From positions 4,550,559-4,614,558 of the forward strand of contig OZ244981.1 of the NCBI GenBank assembly GCA_965223085.1: DNA of 64,000 nucleotides, in the 5' to 3' direction. Positions within the stretch are counted from its first letter, which is position 1. Every line of letters begins with the position of its first letter. The notes under the pieces are model-generated. The model made no database searches, was not told the DNA's origin, and worked only from the letters and a program-made list of their open reading frames with translations. Source of the stretch: Gammaproteobacteria bacterium (GTDB lineage: Bacteria > Pseudomonadota > Gammaproteobacteria > Ga0077536). The position numbers and the translations under genes were made by a program. Below, one piece after another: positions 16,925 to 27,523 of this stretch.

Positions 16925-16951
16925 TAAGTATCGTGCGCTGCGCGTCGATAG
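16925..16951 (+). promoter_or_regulatory. sigma28 promoter of cheV
   Basis: TAAG-N15-GTCGATAG, about 33 nt before the ATG. Confidence 0.6.
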
Positions 16952-16983
16952 AGATGCACGATAGTTCGCATTGGGAGTAACCC

Positions 16984-17934
16984 ATGTCACGTGTTATGGA
17001 GGGGGTCGACCGCCTGACCCAGATCGCTGGTCGAAATCGCCTAGAAATGCTCCTATTTCGTCTCACCGATCAGCAGATTTTCGGCATTAATGTTTTTAAA
17101 GTGCGGGAAGTCCTAAAATGCCCGCCGTTGCGCCCGATCCCTCAAGCCCATCACCATATTCGTGGCGTCATGCACGCACGCGGCCAAACGATCACGATTA
17201 TCGATCTCGCCGCCGTACTCGGTCACGGTCGCCTGGAAGGAACGGCCGAGGAGTTCGTGATCGTCACCGAATATAGCGCCCACGTGCAGGGCTATTTGGT
17301 GCAGTCGGTCGAACGCATCGTCAACATGCGCTGGGACGAGGTCAAACCGCCACCCCCAGGCGTCGGTGCCCAGAACTACATGATCGCGGTGACGTCCTTA
17401 GACGATCAGCTCATTGAAGTGTTGGATGTCGAGCGCATCTTAAGCGAAATCGTCGGTCCCAATCAGGATGTTCGCGAGGACATTGTCCAAGAATTCCAGG
17501 AACACCAAATACGGTTGCGCCACGTGCTCGTTGCAGATGATTCCACCGTCGCGCGGAAACAAGTTACGCGGGTACTCGACCAACTCGGCATCACCTACGA
17601 TGTGGCGGAAAACGGACGCCAAGCATTGCAGTTTTTGCAAGACGTGATTGCCGACGGCACGACAAACGTCACGGATCGTTACGGGATGTTGATCTCCGAC
17701 ATCGAAATGCCCGAGATGGACGGCTACACTTTGACGAAATCAGTGAAAGAAGACCCGCAACTGCGCTCGCTATTTGTCTGTTTACACACCTCTTTGAGCG
17801 GTAATTTCAACCAATCCATGGCCGAAGGGGTGGGTGCCGATCGCCTCGTGCCGAAGTTCGATCCCAACGATCTTGCCGAACTCGTCAAAGAATTTCTGTG
17901 CGTCGAAAACGCACCCGAAGTGCGCGCACTCTAA
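16984..17934 (+). CDS. cheV: Chemotaxis protein CheV (CheW-REC)
   Basis: NRLEMLLF...FGINVFKVREV; receiver domain VADDSTVARKQ, SDIEMPEMDGY, HTSLSG. Confidence 0.95.
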   Translation: MSRVMEGVDRLTQIAGRNRLEMLLFRLTDQQIFGINVFKVREVLKCPPLRPIPQAHHHIRGVMHARGQTITIIDLAAVLGHGRLEGTAEEFVIVTEYSAHVQGYLVQSVERIVNMRWDEVKPPPPGVGAQNYMIAVTSLDDQLIEVLDVERILSEIVGPNQDVREDIVQEFQEHQIRLRHVLVADDSTVARKQVTRVLDQLGITYDVAENGRQALQFLQDVIADGTTNVTDRYGMLISDIEMPEMDGYTLTKSVKEDPQLRSLFVCLHTSLSGNFNQSMAEGVGADRLVPKFDPNDLAELVKEFLCVENAPEVRAL

Positions 17935-18072
17935 ACGAGCACACACGAGCGGCAATCGGCGAGGCTGGCACACTTATGGTTGCCGCCCGAGCGGCCTTAG
18001 TTTGCCGTCAGCGGGGCTAGCCGGGGCGCGTTGCACAGCGGTTTTTACGCGCCCGTGGGGCGCTCCAGAAGC

Positions 18073-18088
18073 TGGCATGAGATTCGCT
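18073..18088 (+). promoter_or_regulatory. sigma54 promoter of flgBCDE
   Basis: TGGCAT-GAGAT-TCGCT (GG-N10-GC). Upstream CGGCAA/TTGCCG hexamers at 17950, 17980 and 18002. Confidence 0.6.
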
Positions 18089-18125
18089 TGTAAAGCGGGT
18101 AAGTTAATAGATTCGAACCCGATCC

Positions 18126-18527
18126 ATGCCGAAATTAGACGACGCTCTCGGTATTCATCCGCAAGCAATGATGCTGCGCGCGGGGCGTGCACGCCTGCTC
18201 GCGACGAATTTAGCGAATGCCGATACGCCGAATTATCGCGCCCGCGATGTCGATTTTCGCGCGGTATTGCGCGGCGCCAGCGAACAACTTGGTCGTGGTG
18301 TCGAGCTCACCAGTACTCACGCCCGTCATCTCGAGGTGGGTGATCCGCAGCTTTTTGGTGCCGAGGTGCTCTATCGCCACACCAAACAACCATCCTTGGA
18401 TCAAAACGCGGTGGATGTGCACGCCGAGCGGGCCGCGTTTTTGGATAACGCATTGCGTTATCAAGCGAGCTTGCGTTTCTTGGACGGTAAGTTGAGCGGG
18501 CTACTGCGCGCTATTAGAGGGGAATAA
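18126..18527 (+). CDS. flgB: Basal-body rod protein FlgB
   Basis: LATNLANADTPNYRARDVDF, DQNAVDV. Confidence 0.95.
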   Translation: MPKLDDALGIHPQAMMLRAGRARLLATNLANADTPNYRARDVDFRAVLRGASEQLGRGVELTSTHARHLEVGDPQLFGAEVLYRHTKQPSLDQNAVDVHAERAAFLDNALRYQASLRFLDGKLSGLLRAIRGE

Positions 18528-18529
18528 GC

Positions 18530-18961
18530 ATGTCATTATTTACGGTATTAGATATTGCTGGTAGCGCGCTCGATGCCCAGGCAGTGCGCATGAACGTCAC
18601 CGCCAGCAATATGGCGAACGCGAATAGCGCGAGCAATTCTCTGGAATCGACTTATCGCGCCCGCCATCCGGTCTTTAGCACAATCGATCAGGATTTCGGT
18701 TCTTTACTGTTTGAATATGAGCACGCGCCCCAGGCGGGCGTGCGCGTAGACGGCATCATCGAGAGTGTCGCTCCGCTAGACCGCGAATATAGCCCCCATC
18801 ATCCGCTCGCGGATGACGATGGCTACATCTTTTTACCGAACGTCAACATGGTCGAAGAAATGGCCAATATGATTTCCGCTTCGCGTAGTTACCAAACCAA
18901 TGTCGAAGTCATGGAGGCATCTAAGCAGATGCTGACGCGGACTTTGAGTTTAGGACAGTAA
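18530..18961 (+). CDS. flgC: Basal-body rod protein FlgC
   Basis: ASNMANANS, YSPHHPLADDDGY, PNVNMVEEMANMISASRSYQTN. Confidence 0.96.
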   Translation: MSLFTVLDIAGSALDAQAVRMNVTASNMANANSASNSLESTYRARHPVFSTIDQDFGSLLFEYEHAPQAGVRVDGIIESVAPLDREYSPHHPLADDDGYIFLPNVNMVEEMANMISASRSYQTNVEVMEASKQMLTRTLSLGQ

Positions 18962-18988
18962 CGCGAACCACCAATACCGGAGTGTTCT

Positions 18989-19672
18989 ATGGATAATCCG
19001 ATTTCAAAGCTAGGCGCCGGGCTCGAAGCACTGGGTATCGAAAGCCGTCAGCAGGAGGCCAAAAAGACTCAAGGTGAATTGGGTCAAGAAGCGTTTCTCG
19101 AGCTGATGATCACCCAGCTCAATAATCAAAATCCCATGGAGCCAATGGAGAACGGCGAGTTTCTCTCGCAAATCGCACAGTTCGGCACTGTTAACGGGAT
19201 CACACAACTGCAGGAATCTTTCGACGCCCTGGCATCTTCATTGCAATCTAGCCAGGCGTTGCAAGCTTCGACGATGGTGGGACGTAGCGTGCTACTGGAA
19301 TCGGACTACGTTCATTTGAACACAGAGAATGCGCCGATCGTGGGCGTGGATTTACCCAGTGCCAGTGGCAACGTCAAAGTTGCCGTGCTCGATCCCCAGG
19401 GTCAGTCAGTGCGAGCACTTTCTCTCGGCGAGCGCCCGGCGGGCTATTTTGAATTCACCTGGGATGGCCAGGACGCAAATGGCGAGCGCTTACCTGCGGG
19501 GCGCTATTCGATCGTCGCCGAGGCGATTATCGACAATAAGCCCCAGGCAGTTTCCGTCTACAACAAAGCGCTGGTCGAGAGCGTGAGCCTGCCGCGCAAC
19601 GGCCAAGCACCGGTGTTGAACCTCGGCGACTACGGCGCGGTGGATATTACGTCCATCTTGCGCGTGTTGTAA
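18989..19672 (+). CDS. flgD: Hook capping protein FlgD
   Basis: FLELMITQLNNQNPMEPMEN..F..QIAQF. Confidence 0.95.
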   Translation: MDNPISKLGAGLEALGIESRQQEAKKTQGELGQEAFLELMITQLNNQNPMEPMENGEFLSQIAQFGTVNGITQLQESFDALASSLQSSQALQASTMVGRSVLLESDYVHLNTENAPIVGVDLPSASGNVKVAVLDPQGQSVRALSLGERPAGYFEFTWDGQDANGERLPAGRYSIVAEAIIDNKPQAVSVYNKALVESVSLPRNGQAPVLNLGDYGAVDITSILRVL

Positions 19673-19705
19673 TCGACGTCACGAATAATCTGAGGAGAGT
19701 TTTTC

Positions 19706-20914
19706 ATGCCTTTCAGAATCGCAATTAGCGGCCTCCGTGCGGCCCAATCGGATCTCACCGTCATCGGTAACAATGTTGCTAACGTCAATACGACCGGTTT
19801 CAAATCCTCGCGCGCCGAGTTTCACGATGTCTTTGCGACGTCTAACCTTGGTGTTGCTTCTAACGCGATCGGTCAGGGCGCAAACACGGCACGAGTCGCG
19901 CAACAGTTCTCCCAAGGCAACATCACGTTTACCGACAATGGGCTTGATCTCGCGATCAGCGGCCAAGGTTTTTTCATCATGGATGATAACGGCGCACGCG
20001 TATTTACCCGTGACGGTTCCTTTGGTTTGGATCGCGAGGGCAATGTCGTCAATGCGAATGGTCAAACCTTGATGGCCTATCAAGCCGACGCGAACGGCGC
20101 GATTACCGGTCAACTCGGGACCTTGCAGATCTCGACCGCTAATACGGCGCCGCAAGCGAGTAGCTCGGTGATCCTCGGCTTGAACTTGGACTCGCAAGCA
20201 ACCCCGCCCTTGGTAGGGGCGTTCGATCCAGCCATCGCGACCAGTTTTAACAATACCACCGCGACGACGATCTACGATTCCTTGGGCGGTTCGCACTTGA
20301 TGCAAATGTATTTTGTGAAAACCACAAATCCGCGTGAATGGCAAATGTATACCTTGGTCGATAGCGCACCCGTCGGGGGGCCGGATACCTTGACTTTCGA
20401 TGCCGATGGCAGCCTGCCGGCGGGCACGATAATCAATATCCCGACGTTCACCGCCGCGGGTGGTGGCAGTCCGATCACGATGGAAATCAATCTCGATGAG
20501 ACGACCCAGTTTGGGGCGCCCTTTGGGGTCAATAATCTCAGCCAAAACGGCTTTACCACGGGTCGTTTGGCCGGTGTAGATATCGATCGCGAAGGCATCG
20601 TATTCGCGCGCTACACGAACGGTCAATCCGAAGTGCAAGGCCAAGTCGGCTTAGCTAACTTTGCCAACGTGCAGGGTTTGCAATCCTTGGGGCAAAATAA
20701 TTGGGCCGAGACTTTCGCCGCTGGGGCGGCGCTCGAAGGTGCGCCTGGCTCGAGTTCCTTGGGCTTGCTGCAGGCGGGGGCATTGGAAGATTCCAATGTC
20801 GATCTATCGGAGCAGTTGGTAAAACTGATCATCGCGCAGCGTAACTTCCAAGCCAATACCGAGGTGATTTCGACCGCGGACACCGTCACCCAAGCGGTCA
20901 TGAATATTCGCTAG
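19706..20914 (+). CDS. flgE: Hook protein FlgE
   Basis: ISGL..AQ..L.VIGNNVANVNTTGFK, DLAISGQGFF, LEDSNVDLSEQLVKLIIAQRNFQAN. Confidence 0.96.
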   Translation: MPFRIAISGLRAAQSDLTVIGNNVANVNTTGFKSSRAEFHDVFATSNLGVASNAIGQGANTARVAQQFSQGNITFTDNGLDLAISGQGFFIMDDNGARVFTRDGSFGLDREGNVVNANGQTLMAYQADANGAITGQLGTLQISTANTAPQASSSVILGLNLDSQATPPLVGAFDPAIATSFNNTTATTIYDSLGGSHLMQMYFVKTTNPREWQMYTLVDSAPVGGPDTLTFDADGSLPAGTIINIPTFTAAGGGSPITMEINLDETTQFGAPFGVNNLSQNGFTTGRLAGVDIDREGIVFARYTNGQSEVQGQVGLANFANVQGLQSLGQNNWAETFAAGAALEGAPGSSSLGLLQAGALEDSNVDLSEQLVKLIIAQRNFQANTEVISTADTVTQAVMNIR

Positions 20915-20988
20915 TCCGATGTGCCGTAGTTTTATTGTGTTACTGGGCTCCGCATCAAGTGCGGGACGACACCGGGTTTGGTGCGGGG

Positions 20989-21012
20989 CGTCACCCCGGA
21001 CTCGATCCGGGG
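20989..21012 (+). repeat. REP-like palindrome, second subtype
   Basis: cgtcaccccgga-ctcga-tccgggg in the flgE-flgF gap. Confidence 0.5.
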
Positions 21013-21055
21013 CGGGGCTGCAGCGAAACACCATCAGGCAATGAGATCGTAAACC

Positions 21056-21796
21056 ATGGATCGCATGCTTTATTTGGCGATGTCGGCGGCGAAGCAAATG
21101 ATGACGGCGCAGGCACTCGCCTCGAACAATCTCGCCAACGCCAACACCACGGGATTCAAAGCGGATTTCGATGCCGTGCGGGCGATGCCCGTGTTTGGCG
21201 ACGGTTATCCGTCGCGCGTCTACGCGATGACGGAACGGCCCGGTATCGATTTCAATGTCGGCACCGTGGAGACGACCGACAACGAACTCGACATCGCTAT
21301 CAACGGCGCCGGTTTTATTGCCGTTATCGCGCCCGATGGAACGGAAGCCTATACCCGTGCCGGGGAGTTCAAGCAAACAGTCAACGGTCAATTAGTGACG
21401 GCGACCGATTTGCCAGTATTAGGCAACGGTGGCCCGATCGCATTTCCACAAGCTGAATCTATCTTAATCGGAACCGACGGCACGATATCGATCCGGCCAT
21501 TGGGACAGGACGCGAATACACTTGCGCAGATCGACCGCATTAAGCTGGTAAATCCGCCGCTCGCTGATTTGAAAAAGGACGCCGACGGCTTGTTCCGGCT
21601 GCGTGACGGCACGATTGCCGCGGCGGATGCCAGCGTTCGGGTCGAGCGTGGGGCGTTGGAACGCAGCAACGTCAATCCGGTGCACGAAATGATTTCAATG
21701 ATAGAAGCGCAGCGCATTTACGAAACCGCGATCAAAGCGATGGATACGGCCCAGGAGTCGGATTCCAACGGTGCGCGCCTATTGCGCTTGAGCTAA
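21056..21796 (+). CDS. flgF: Rod protein FlgF
   Basis: MDRMLYLAMS, NNLANANTTGFK, LERSNVNPV. Confidence 0.95.
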   Translation: MDRMLYLAMSAAKQMMTAQALASNNLANANTTGFKADFDAVRAMPVFGDGYPSRVYAMTERPGIDFNVGTVETTDNELDIAINGAGFIAVIAPDGTEAYTRAGEFKQTVNGQLVTATDLPVLGNGGPIAFPQAESILIGTDGTISIRPLGQDANTLAQIDRIKLVNPPLADLKKDADGLFRLRDGTIAAADASVRVERGALERSNVNPVHEMISMIEAQRIYETAIKAMDTAQESDSNGARLLRLS

Positions 21797-21814
21797 CGAA
21801 AGGTATCAAACACT

Positions 21815-22600
21815 ATGGCATTTGCATTACACGTCGCGAAAACTGGTCTGGATGCACAGCAAACCCGGATGTCGGTTATCGCGAATAATTTAGCCAACGT
21901 CAGCACTTCGGGATTCAAAAAAGGTCGTCCGACGTTTGAAGATCTGCTCTACAACACCGTGAGCCAGCCGGGCGCGTCTTCGTCACAAAACACCGAGCTC
22001 CCTTCGGGCTTGATGCTTGGCACCGGCGTGCGCACCGTGGCGACGGCGAAAATCTTCACCCAAGGCACGTTGATCCAAACCGACAATTCGCTCGATGCCG
22101 CGATCCAGGGGCGCGGTTTTTTTCAGATTTTGCTGCCCGATGGTTCTACGGGCTATACGCGCGACGGCTCGTTTTCGATGAATGCCCAGGGGCAGCTCGT
22201 GACGGCAACGGGTTACGAGGTCGATCCCGGCGTGACGATCCCGCCGGAAACGTTGTCGGTAACGATCGCGCCGGACGGTACGGTATCCGCGCTCGTGGCC
22301 GGCGCGGCGAGTCCGACTCAGGTCGGAAACTTGCAACTCGCCGATTTTATTAATCCGCAAGGCTTGCAACCGATCGGCGAAAATTTATTCAAGGAAACGG
22401 TCTCGAGCGGCAATCCACAACCGGGCACCCCGGGTTTGAATGGTATCGGCACGCTGATTCAAGGCAGCATAGAATCTTCCAACGTTAATGTTGTCGAAGA
22501 ACTCGTGAACATGATCGAAACACAGCGCTCCTATGAAATGAATTCGAAAGCGATTCAAACGGTCGACGAGATGCTGCAGTTCGTCACGCAGACTTTATAG
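21815..22600 (+). CDS. flgG: Distal rod protein FlgG
   Basis: [52 protein letters not shown]. Confidence 0.97.
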   Translation: MAFALHVAKTGLDAQQTRMSVIANNLANVSTSGFKKGRPTFEDLLYNTVSQPGASSSQNTELPSGLMLGTGVRTVATAKIFTQGTLIQTDNSLDAAIQGRGFFQILLPDGSTGYTRDGSFSMNAQGQLVTATGYEVDPGVTIPPETLSVTIAPDGTVSALVAGAASPTQVGNLQLADFINPQGLQPIGENLFKETVSSGNPQPGTPGLNGIGTLIQGSIESSNVNVVEELVNMIETQRSYEMNSKAIQTVDEMLQFVTQTL

Positions 22601-23329
22601 ATGTTTAAATACCGCCCAGGCGCTCATCGCATGCTGCTGATTTGTCTGCTGGGCAGCATGCTTCTCGGATGCAATTCGACGCCACGCCGCGACCCAATGT
22701 TTGCACCCTCGTATCCGGCACCGCGCCCGTCGCCGATGCCGGCGCAAGTCACGACCGGTGCGATCTATCAACCGGGTTACGACGTCGTGCTATTCGAAGA
22801 CGCGCGCGCGCGTCGCATCGGCGATATTCTCACTGTTCGTTTAGTGGAAAACACGAACGCGCAAAAATCTTCGAGCACGGATATTACCCGCGATCAAAAT
22901 TCCAGCGTCTCGAACCCGACGTTGCTCGGCGCCACGCCGCAGTTCGATTTGCCCAGCGTTGCGCCTTTGGGGAGTACTGAGGACAACAACCTACAGACTT
23001 CGATCGAGTCCAACCATGAGTTCGAAGGATCCTCGGCCGCACAACAACGAAATTCGCTCAGTGGTGATATCACCGTAACTGTTGCCGATGTGTTGCCGAA
23101 CGGTTATCTCATGGTGCGTGGTGAGAAACGTTTAAACCTCAATCAAGGCAATGAGTACGTCAAGATCGCGGGCATCGTGCGGCCCATCGATATTCTGCCC
23201 GATAACTCGGTACCGTCGACGAAGATCGCCGATGCGACGATCGTCTATAACGGCGACGGCGCCACAGCGGACGCGAATAAAATTGGTTGGTTGGCGCGGT
23301 TTTTCGTCAGCGCCCTGTTTCCCTTTTGA
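22601..23329 (+). CDS. flgH: L-ring lipoprotein FlgH
   Basis: Lipobox LLGC, LFEDARARRIGDILTV, VLPNGYL.VRGEK. Confidence 0.95.
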   Translation: MFKYRPGAHRMLLICLLGSMLLGCNSTPRRDPMFAPSYPAPRPSPMPAQVTTGAIYQPGYDVVLFEDARARRIGDILTVRLVENTNAQKSSSTDITRDQNSSVSNPTLLGATPQFDLPSVAPLGSTEDNNLQTSIESNHEFEGSSAAQQRNSLSGDITVTVADVLPNGYLMVRGEKRLNLNQGNEYVKIAGIVRPIDILPDNSVPSTKIADATIVYNGDGATADANKIGWLARFFVSALFPF

Positions 23330-23358
23330 ATTTTCTCGCATAAATAGCGGAGTTACTT

Positions 23359-24462
23359 ATGCGTTACGTTTCGCTCCTATTTTTGTTTGCGACCTTGGCG
23401 CTGCCGCTATCTAGTGCGGCGGAGCGCGTTAAAGACCTCGCAAGCGTCGCTGGTGTGCGCGACAATCAGCTCGTTGGCTATGGCCTCGTCGTTGGGCTCG
23501 ACGGCACCGGTGATCAAACGCAGCAAACACCGTTCACGGTGCAGAGTATCCGTAATATGCTCAAGCAACTCGGTGTGACGGTGCCCGATAACGTGAACCC
23601 GCAATTGAAAAACGTCGCCGCCGTGATGGTGCATGCGACCTTACCGCCGTTCGCGAAACCGGGATCGAACATCGATGTGACGGTCTCGTCGATGGGTAAT
23701 GCGAAAAGTCTGCGCGGCGGGAGTTTGATCCTAACGCCTTTGAAAGGCGCCGACGGCCGCGTTTATGCGCTCGCCCAAGGCAATTTAGTTGTGGGCGGAT
23801 TTGGGGCATCGACGGATGACGGGTCACGCATTTCGGTGAATGTTCCCAGCGTCGGTCGCATTCCGAACGGCGCGACCGTGGAGCGCGAAGTCTTGACGGC
23901 ATTTTTGCAAGAGCAATACTTAACCCTGAATTTGCACGCCGCGGATTTCACTACCGCGACGCGCATGGCGCAAGCGATCGATCAAATCATTGGCCCGGGT
24001 TCGGCGTTGGCCATCGACGGTTCGGCGGTGCGGGTGATTGCACCGGCCGATGCCACGCAACGGGTGGCGTTCATGTCGATCGTGGAGAACATCGAGTTGG
24101 ATCCGGGGATCGCGCCGGCCAAGGTGGTGGTCAACTCACGCACCGGCACGGTCGTTATCGGCGCTAACGTGCGGGTTACGGCGGCTGCGGTAACCCACGG
24201 TTCATTAACGGTGGCAATTTCCAGTAATCCCGAAATCAGCCAACCGGGGCCGTTGTCGGGGGGCGCGACCGTGGTGGTGCCAAATCAAGAGATCGATATC
24301 GAAGAAGAACGCAATCGCATGTTTTTATTTAACCCCGGTGTGTCTCTCGATGACATCGTGCAAGCGGTTAATCAAGTTGGCGCCGCCCCCGGGGACTTAG
24401 TGGCGATATTAGAAGCGCTAAAACAAGCTGGGGCGCTGAAGGCTGAACTCGTCATTATCTAG
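23359..24462 (+). CDS. flgI: P-ring protein FlgI
   Basis: [43 protein letters not shown]. Confidence 0.97.
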   Translation: MRYVSLLFLFATLALPLSSAAERVKDLASVAGVRDNQLVGYGLVVGLDGTGDQTQQTPFTVQSIRNMLKQLGVTVPDNVNPQLKNVAAVMVHATLPPFAKPGSNIDVTVSSMGNAKSLRGGSLILTPLKGADGRVYALAQGNLVVGGFGASTDDGSRISVNVPSVGRIPNGATVEREVLTAFLQEQYLTLNLHAADFTTATRMAQAIDQIIGPGSALAIDGSAVRVIAPADATQRVAFMSIVENIELDPGIAPAKVVVNSRTGTVVIGANVRVTAAAVTHGSLTVAISSNPEISQPGPLSGGATVVVPNQEIDIEEERNRMFLFNPGVSLDDIVQAVNQVGAAPGDLVAILEALKQAGALKAELVII

Positions 24463-24522
24463 CCTGGTCGCGTGTGGGCGCATCGACCCGGGAAAACCGC
24501 CGCGAGGCCGCTAGGGTAGGTC

Positions 24523-24661
24523 TTGCCGCAGTGTCGGCAGGCTTTGCCGAATAGACCAACGTAATTTTCATAAAGAACTTTAAATCTAATAAAATTATTA
24601 TTTAAAATCAATTAATTATAAGATATTTCTTGATTATACTTTGATTGGCATTAGGCGTGCA
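24523..24661 (+). promoter_or_regulatory. sigma54 promoter of flgJKL with upstream activator palindrome and IHF-like site
   Basis: TCGGCA-N5-TGCCGA at 24534-24550. AATCAA-TTAA-TTA (exact WATCAANNNNTTR) at 24606-24618 inside an AT-rich tract. TGGCAT-TAGGC-GTGCA at 24646-24661. Confidence 0.7.
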
Positions 24662-24694
24662 TAGTCGTAGATAGGATGACTAGATTGCACTGCC

Positions 24695-25630
24695 ATGACC
24701 CCCGCTGCGACGATTAATCCAGCTGCGGACTTCGCGCGCTACAGGGCCTTGCGCCGCGAAGCGCGTGCGGATGCGCCGGCTGCCTACCAGAAAGTCGCGC
24801 GCGAATTTGAAGCGCTGTTCGTGCAGTTGATGTTGAAAAGCGCGCGCGAGGCGAGTTTTGGTGACGGTATTTTCGACTCTCACCAAATGCGTTTCTATCG
24901 CGACATGTTCGACAGTCAAATCGCAGCGGCACTCGCCGATCAGGGCATGCTCGGTTTTGAAAAATTATTGGCGCCCAGTATTCCCGGTCTCGCCGCCCAG
25001 GCGCACGCCGAGGGCGAGCTCAAGCTGCCACCGCGGCGTGAGTTTCCGCCAAGCACAGCCACACGGTCCGAGGCGACTGCCGTGAGGTCTGCACAGACAC
25101 CAACGACCACGACGGAAAACGTCTTTACCGCGGCGTTCGTCGACGATCCCAAGATGACGGCGTTTATCAACGCCGTACAGCAGCCGGCAACGCGTGCCGC
25201 CCAGCGTCTTGGTACGACCCCCGAGATTCTGATCGCGCAAGCGGCATTGGAGACCGGTTGGGGGGCACACGTGATGCGCGACGATTACGGTCGGAGTTCG
25301 CACAATTTATTTGGCATCAAGGCCAACGGGGCCTGGCACGGGGCGACGGTCGAGCGGCGCACCATGGAGTACCTCGGCGGCAAACCGGTGAAAGTGCGAG
25401 CTGCTTTTCGTGCTTATCCGGATCTAGGTGCCGCGTTTGACGACTATGCGCGCTTTATTCAAAACAATTCGCGTTACCAACACGCGCTAGCAAAAGCATC
25501 CGATCCGCATGCCTACATTCACGAGATCGCGCGCGCTGGCTATGCCACCGATCCCCAGTATGCGGACAAAATCCTCGCTATTCACGATCAACTGCAAGCC
25601 GCGACGCGGATTGCACTGGACAAAATGTAA
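24695..25630 (+). CDS. flgJ: FlgJ rod-cap/peptidoglycan hydrolase
   Basis: VAREFEALFVQLMLKSAR; AQAALETGWG, NLFGIKA, YATDPQY. Confidence 0.95.
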   Translation: MTPAATINPAADFARYRALRREARADAPAAYQKVAREFEALFVQLMLKSAREASFGDGIFDSHQMRFYRDMFDSQIAAALADQGMLGFEKLLAPSIPGLAAQAHAEGELKLPPRREFPPSTATRSEATAVRSAQTPTTTTENVFTAAFVDDPKMTAFINAVQQPATRAAQRLGTTPEILIAQAALETGWGAHVMRDDYGRSSHNLFGIKANGAWHGATVERRTMEYLGGKPVKVRAAFRAYPDLGAAFDDYARFIQNNSRYQHALAKASDPHAYIHEIARAGYATDPQYADKILAIHDQLQAATRIALDKM

Positions 25631-25642
25631 GGACCATAGGCC

Positions 25643-27520
25643 ATGCCGGACTTGTTTAATATCGGTGTATCAGCCCTCGTTGCGAATCGCGCGGCGCTGA
25701 CGACGACCGGACACAATATTGCCAACGTCAACACCGAGGGTTTTTCCCGCCAGCGCGCTGATATGGTTACGCGCCCGCCGCAAATCACCGGCGTCGGCGC
25801 GATCGGCAAGGGCGTTGCAGTGGAAGGGATTAATCGGATCGCCGATCAATTTGTGACACGCCAATTGCAAACCACGACCTCCAACGAGGCCAACGCCGAT
25901 GCTTATGTGCGCTTCGCAAAGCAAGTCGATAACTATCTTGGTGATGGCACTTTCACGCCGGCCTTAGACCAATATTTCGCGGCCATGCACGACGTCAACA
26001 ACGATCCGGCTTCCATTCCCGCACGCCTCGTTTTCCTCGAAGCGGCTAGCGGTATGGTGGCACGTTTTCACGATGCCGACGCGCGCCTGACCGATGTGCA
26101 GCGCGGTGTCAATAACGACATCGTTGCTTCGATCAACCAGATCAACGCGTTTGCGGAAGAAGTCGGACGTTTGAACCAAAGAGTCGTCGAAGCGATCGGT
26201 AGTTCCGGCGAGCCCCCGAATGACCTATTGGATCAACGCGACGAGCTGATCCGCCAGTTATCGGAGCTGGTCAACGTTTCAACGACCGAGCAGCGTGACG
26301 GCTCGATCAATGTTTTTGTCGGCAGCGGTCAAATCTTGGTTACCGGCAGCCGCACTATGGAATTGGTCGCAACGCAAAACGCGACCGACGCGTCGCGACT
26401 TGAGATTTCTGTCAAGGGTGGTACCGCCAACTCCGAGATCAGCGACTTGATCACCAATGGTCGTCTCGGCGGCGTGCTTAAGTTCCGCGACGAGGTTTTG
26501 GACCCGACCCGGAATGCGATCGGCCGACTCGCCTACGGTCTCGCGACGACGCAAAACGAACAGCACCGCGAGGGCATGGATTTAAATGGCCAGCTCGGCG
26601 GCGATCTGTTTAGTATCGGCAATGGCGCGGTCACCGCTGCGGCGACGAACACCGGCGCGGTTAGCATCAGCATCGACCCAAACGCTATCGATCAACTGAC
26701 GACCTCAGATTATGAGCTAGTGCACGACGGTGCTAATTTCGTGCTCACTCGCATAAACGACGGCCTGCAAACGACACTCAGTGGTGGCGGACCGTTCAAT
26801 GTCGACGGCATGGTAATTACGGTGACGACGCCGCCTGCGGCGGGAGACATTTTCTCTTTGCAACCGACCAAAGACCTCGCACGCACCTTGACGCTAGCGA
26901 TTTCCGAACCGGAAGCGTTGGCTTTTGCCAATCCGGTCACGGCAGAAATCGCGCTCAATAATATCGGCAACGGCGAGATCTCAACGCCCACGGTGTTAGA
27001 TTCTGGTGATGCCAACTTGCTCACGAGCGTGCAATTTGTTTTCAACGATCCGCCCTCGACTTATCAAGTGAACGGCGCCGGACCTTTGATTCCTTACACT
27101 CCGGGTGCCGACATCGACTTTCAAGGCAAACGCTTTCAGATCAGCGGCCAGCCCGAGCCCGGAGACCGTTTCACGGTGCGGGCAAACCTCGACGGGCGTG
27201 GTGATAACGCCAACGGTCTCGCCCTGGTGGCGCTGCAAAATACCGAGTTGCTCGAAGGCGGCACGGCGAGTTATCACGGCGCCTTCAGCCAATTAGTCGG
27301 CGTCGTTGGCGCGCGCACTCAACAGGCGGAAATCAGTCAGCAAGCGCTCAAGGTTTTGCGCGAAAACGCCGAAGGAGCGCGTAATGAAATTTCCGGCGTC
27401 AATTTGGACGAAGAAGCGGCGGCAATGATCCGGTATCAGCAAGCGTTCGAGGCGGCCGCCCAAGTCATCGTCGCTGCGAACGAGACGTTTGCAGCGCTAT
27501 TAGACGCAGTGAGGAGTTAA
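25643..27520 (+). CDS. flgK: Hook-associated protein FlgK
   Basis: TGHNIANVNTEGFSRQ, PNDLLDQRD, SGVNLDEEAA.MIRYQQAF.AAAQV. Confidence 0.96.
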   Translation: MPDLFNIGVSALVANRAALTTTGHNIANVNTEGFSRQRADMVTRPPQITGVGAIGKGVAVEGINRIADQFVTRQLQTTTSNEANADAYVRFAKQVDNYLGDGTFTPALDQYFAAMHDVNNDPASIPARLVFLEAASGMVARFHDADARLTDVQRGVNNDIVASINQINAFAEEVGRLNQRVVEAIGSSGEPPNDLLDQRDELIRQLSELVNVSTTEQRDGSINVFVGSGQILVTGSRTMELVATQNATDASRLEISVKGGTANSEISDLITNGRLGGVLKFRDEVLDPTRNAIGRLAYGLATTQNEQHREGMDLNGQLGGDLFSIGNGAVTAAATNTGAVSISIDPNAIDQLTTSDYELVHDGANFVLTRINDGLQTTLSGGGPFNVDGMVITVTTPPAAGDIFSLQPTKDLARTLTLAISEPEALAFANPVTAEIALNNIGNGEISTPTVLDSGDANLLTSVQFVFNDPPSTYQVNGAGPLIPYTPGADIDFQGKRFQISGQPEPGDRFTVRANLDGRGDNANGLALVALQNTELLEGGTASYHGAFSQLVGVVGARTQQAEISQQALKVLRENAEGARNEISGVNLDEEAAAMIRYQQAFEAAAQVIVAANETFAALLDAVRS

Positions 27521-27523
27521 GTT

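Noticed and set aside
16811-16990. Extended N-termini given by the ORF track (flgA, hydantoinase A, fleQ, fleR, fliP, fliC, cheA)
   Set aside because: The extensions overlap promoters or neighbouring genes; downstream starts fit RBS, promoter position and family N-termini better.
17966-17981. TGGCAC at 17966 as the flgB sigma54 promoter
   Set aside because: There is no GC at the -12 position (GG-N10-GT); the 18073 box fits.
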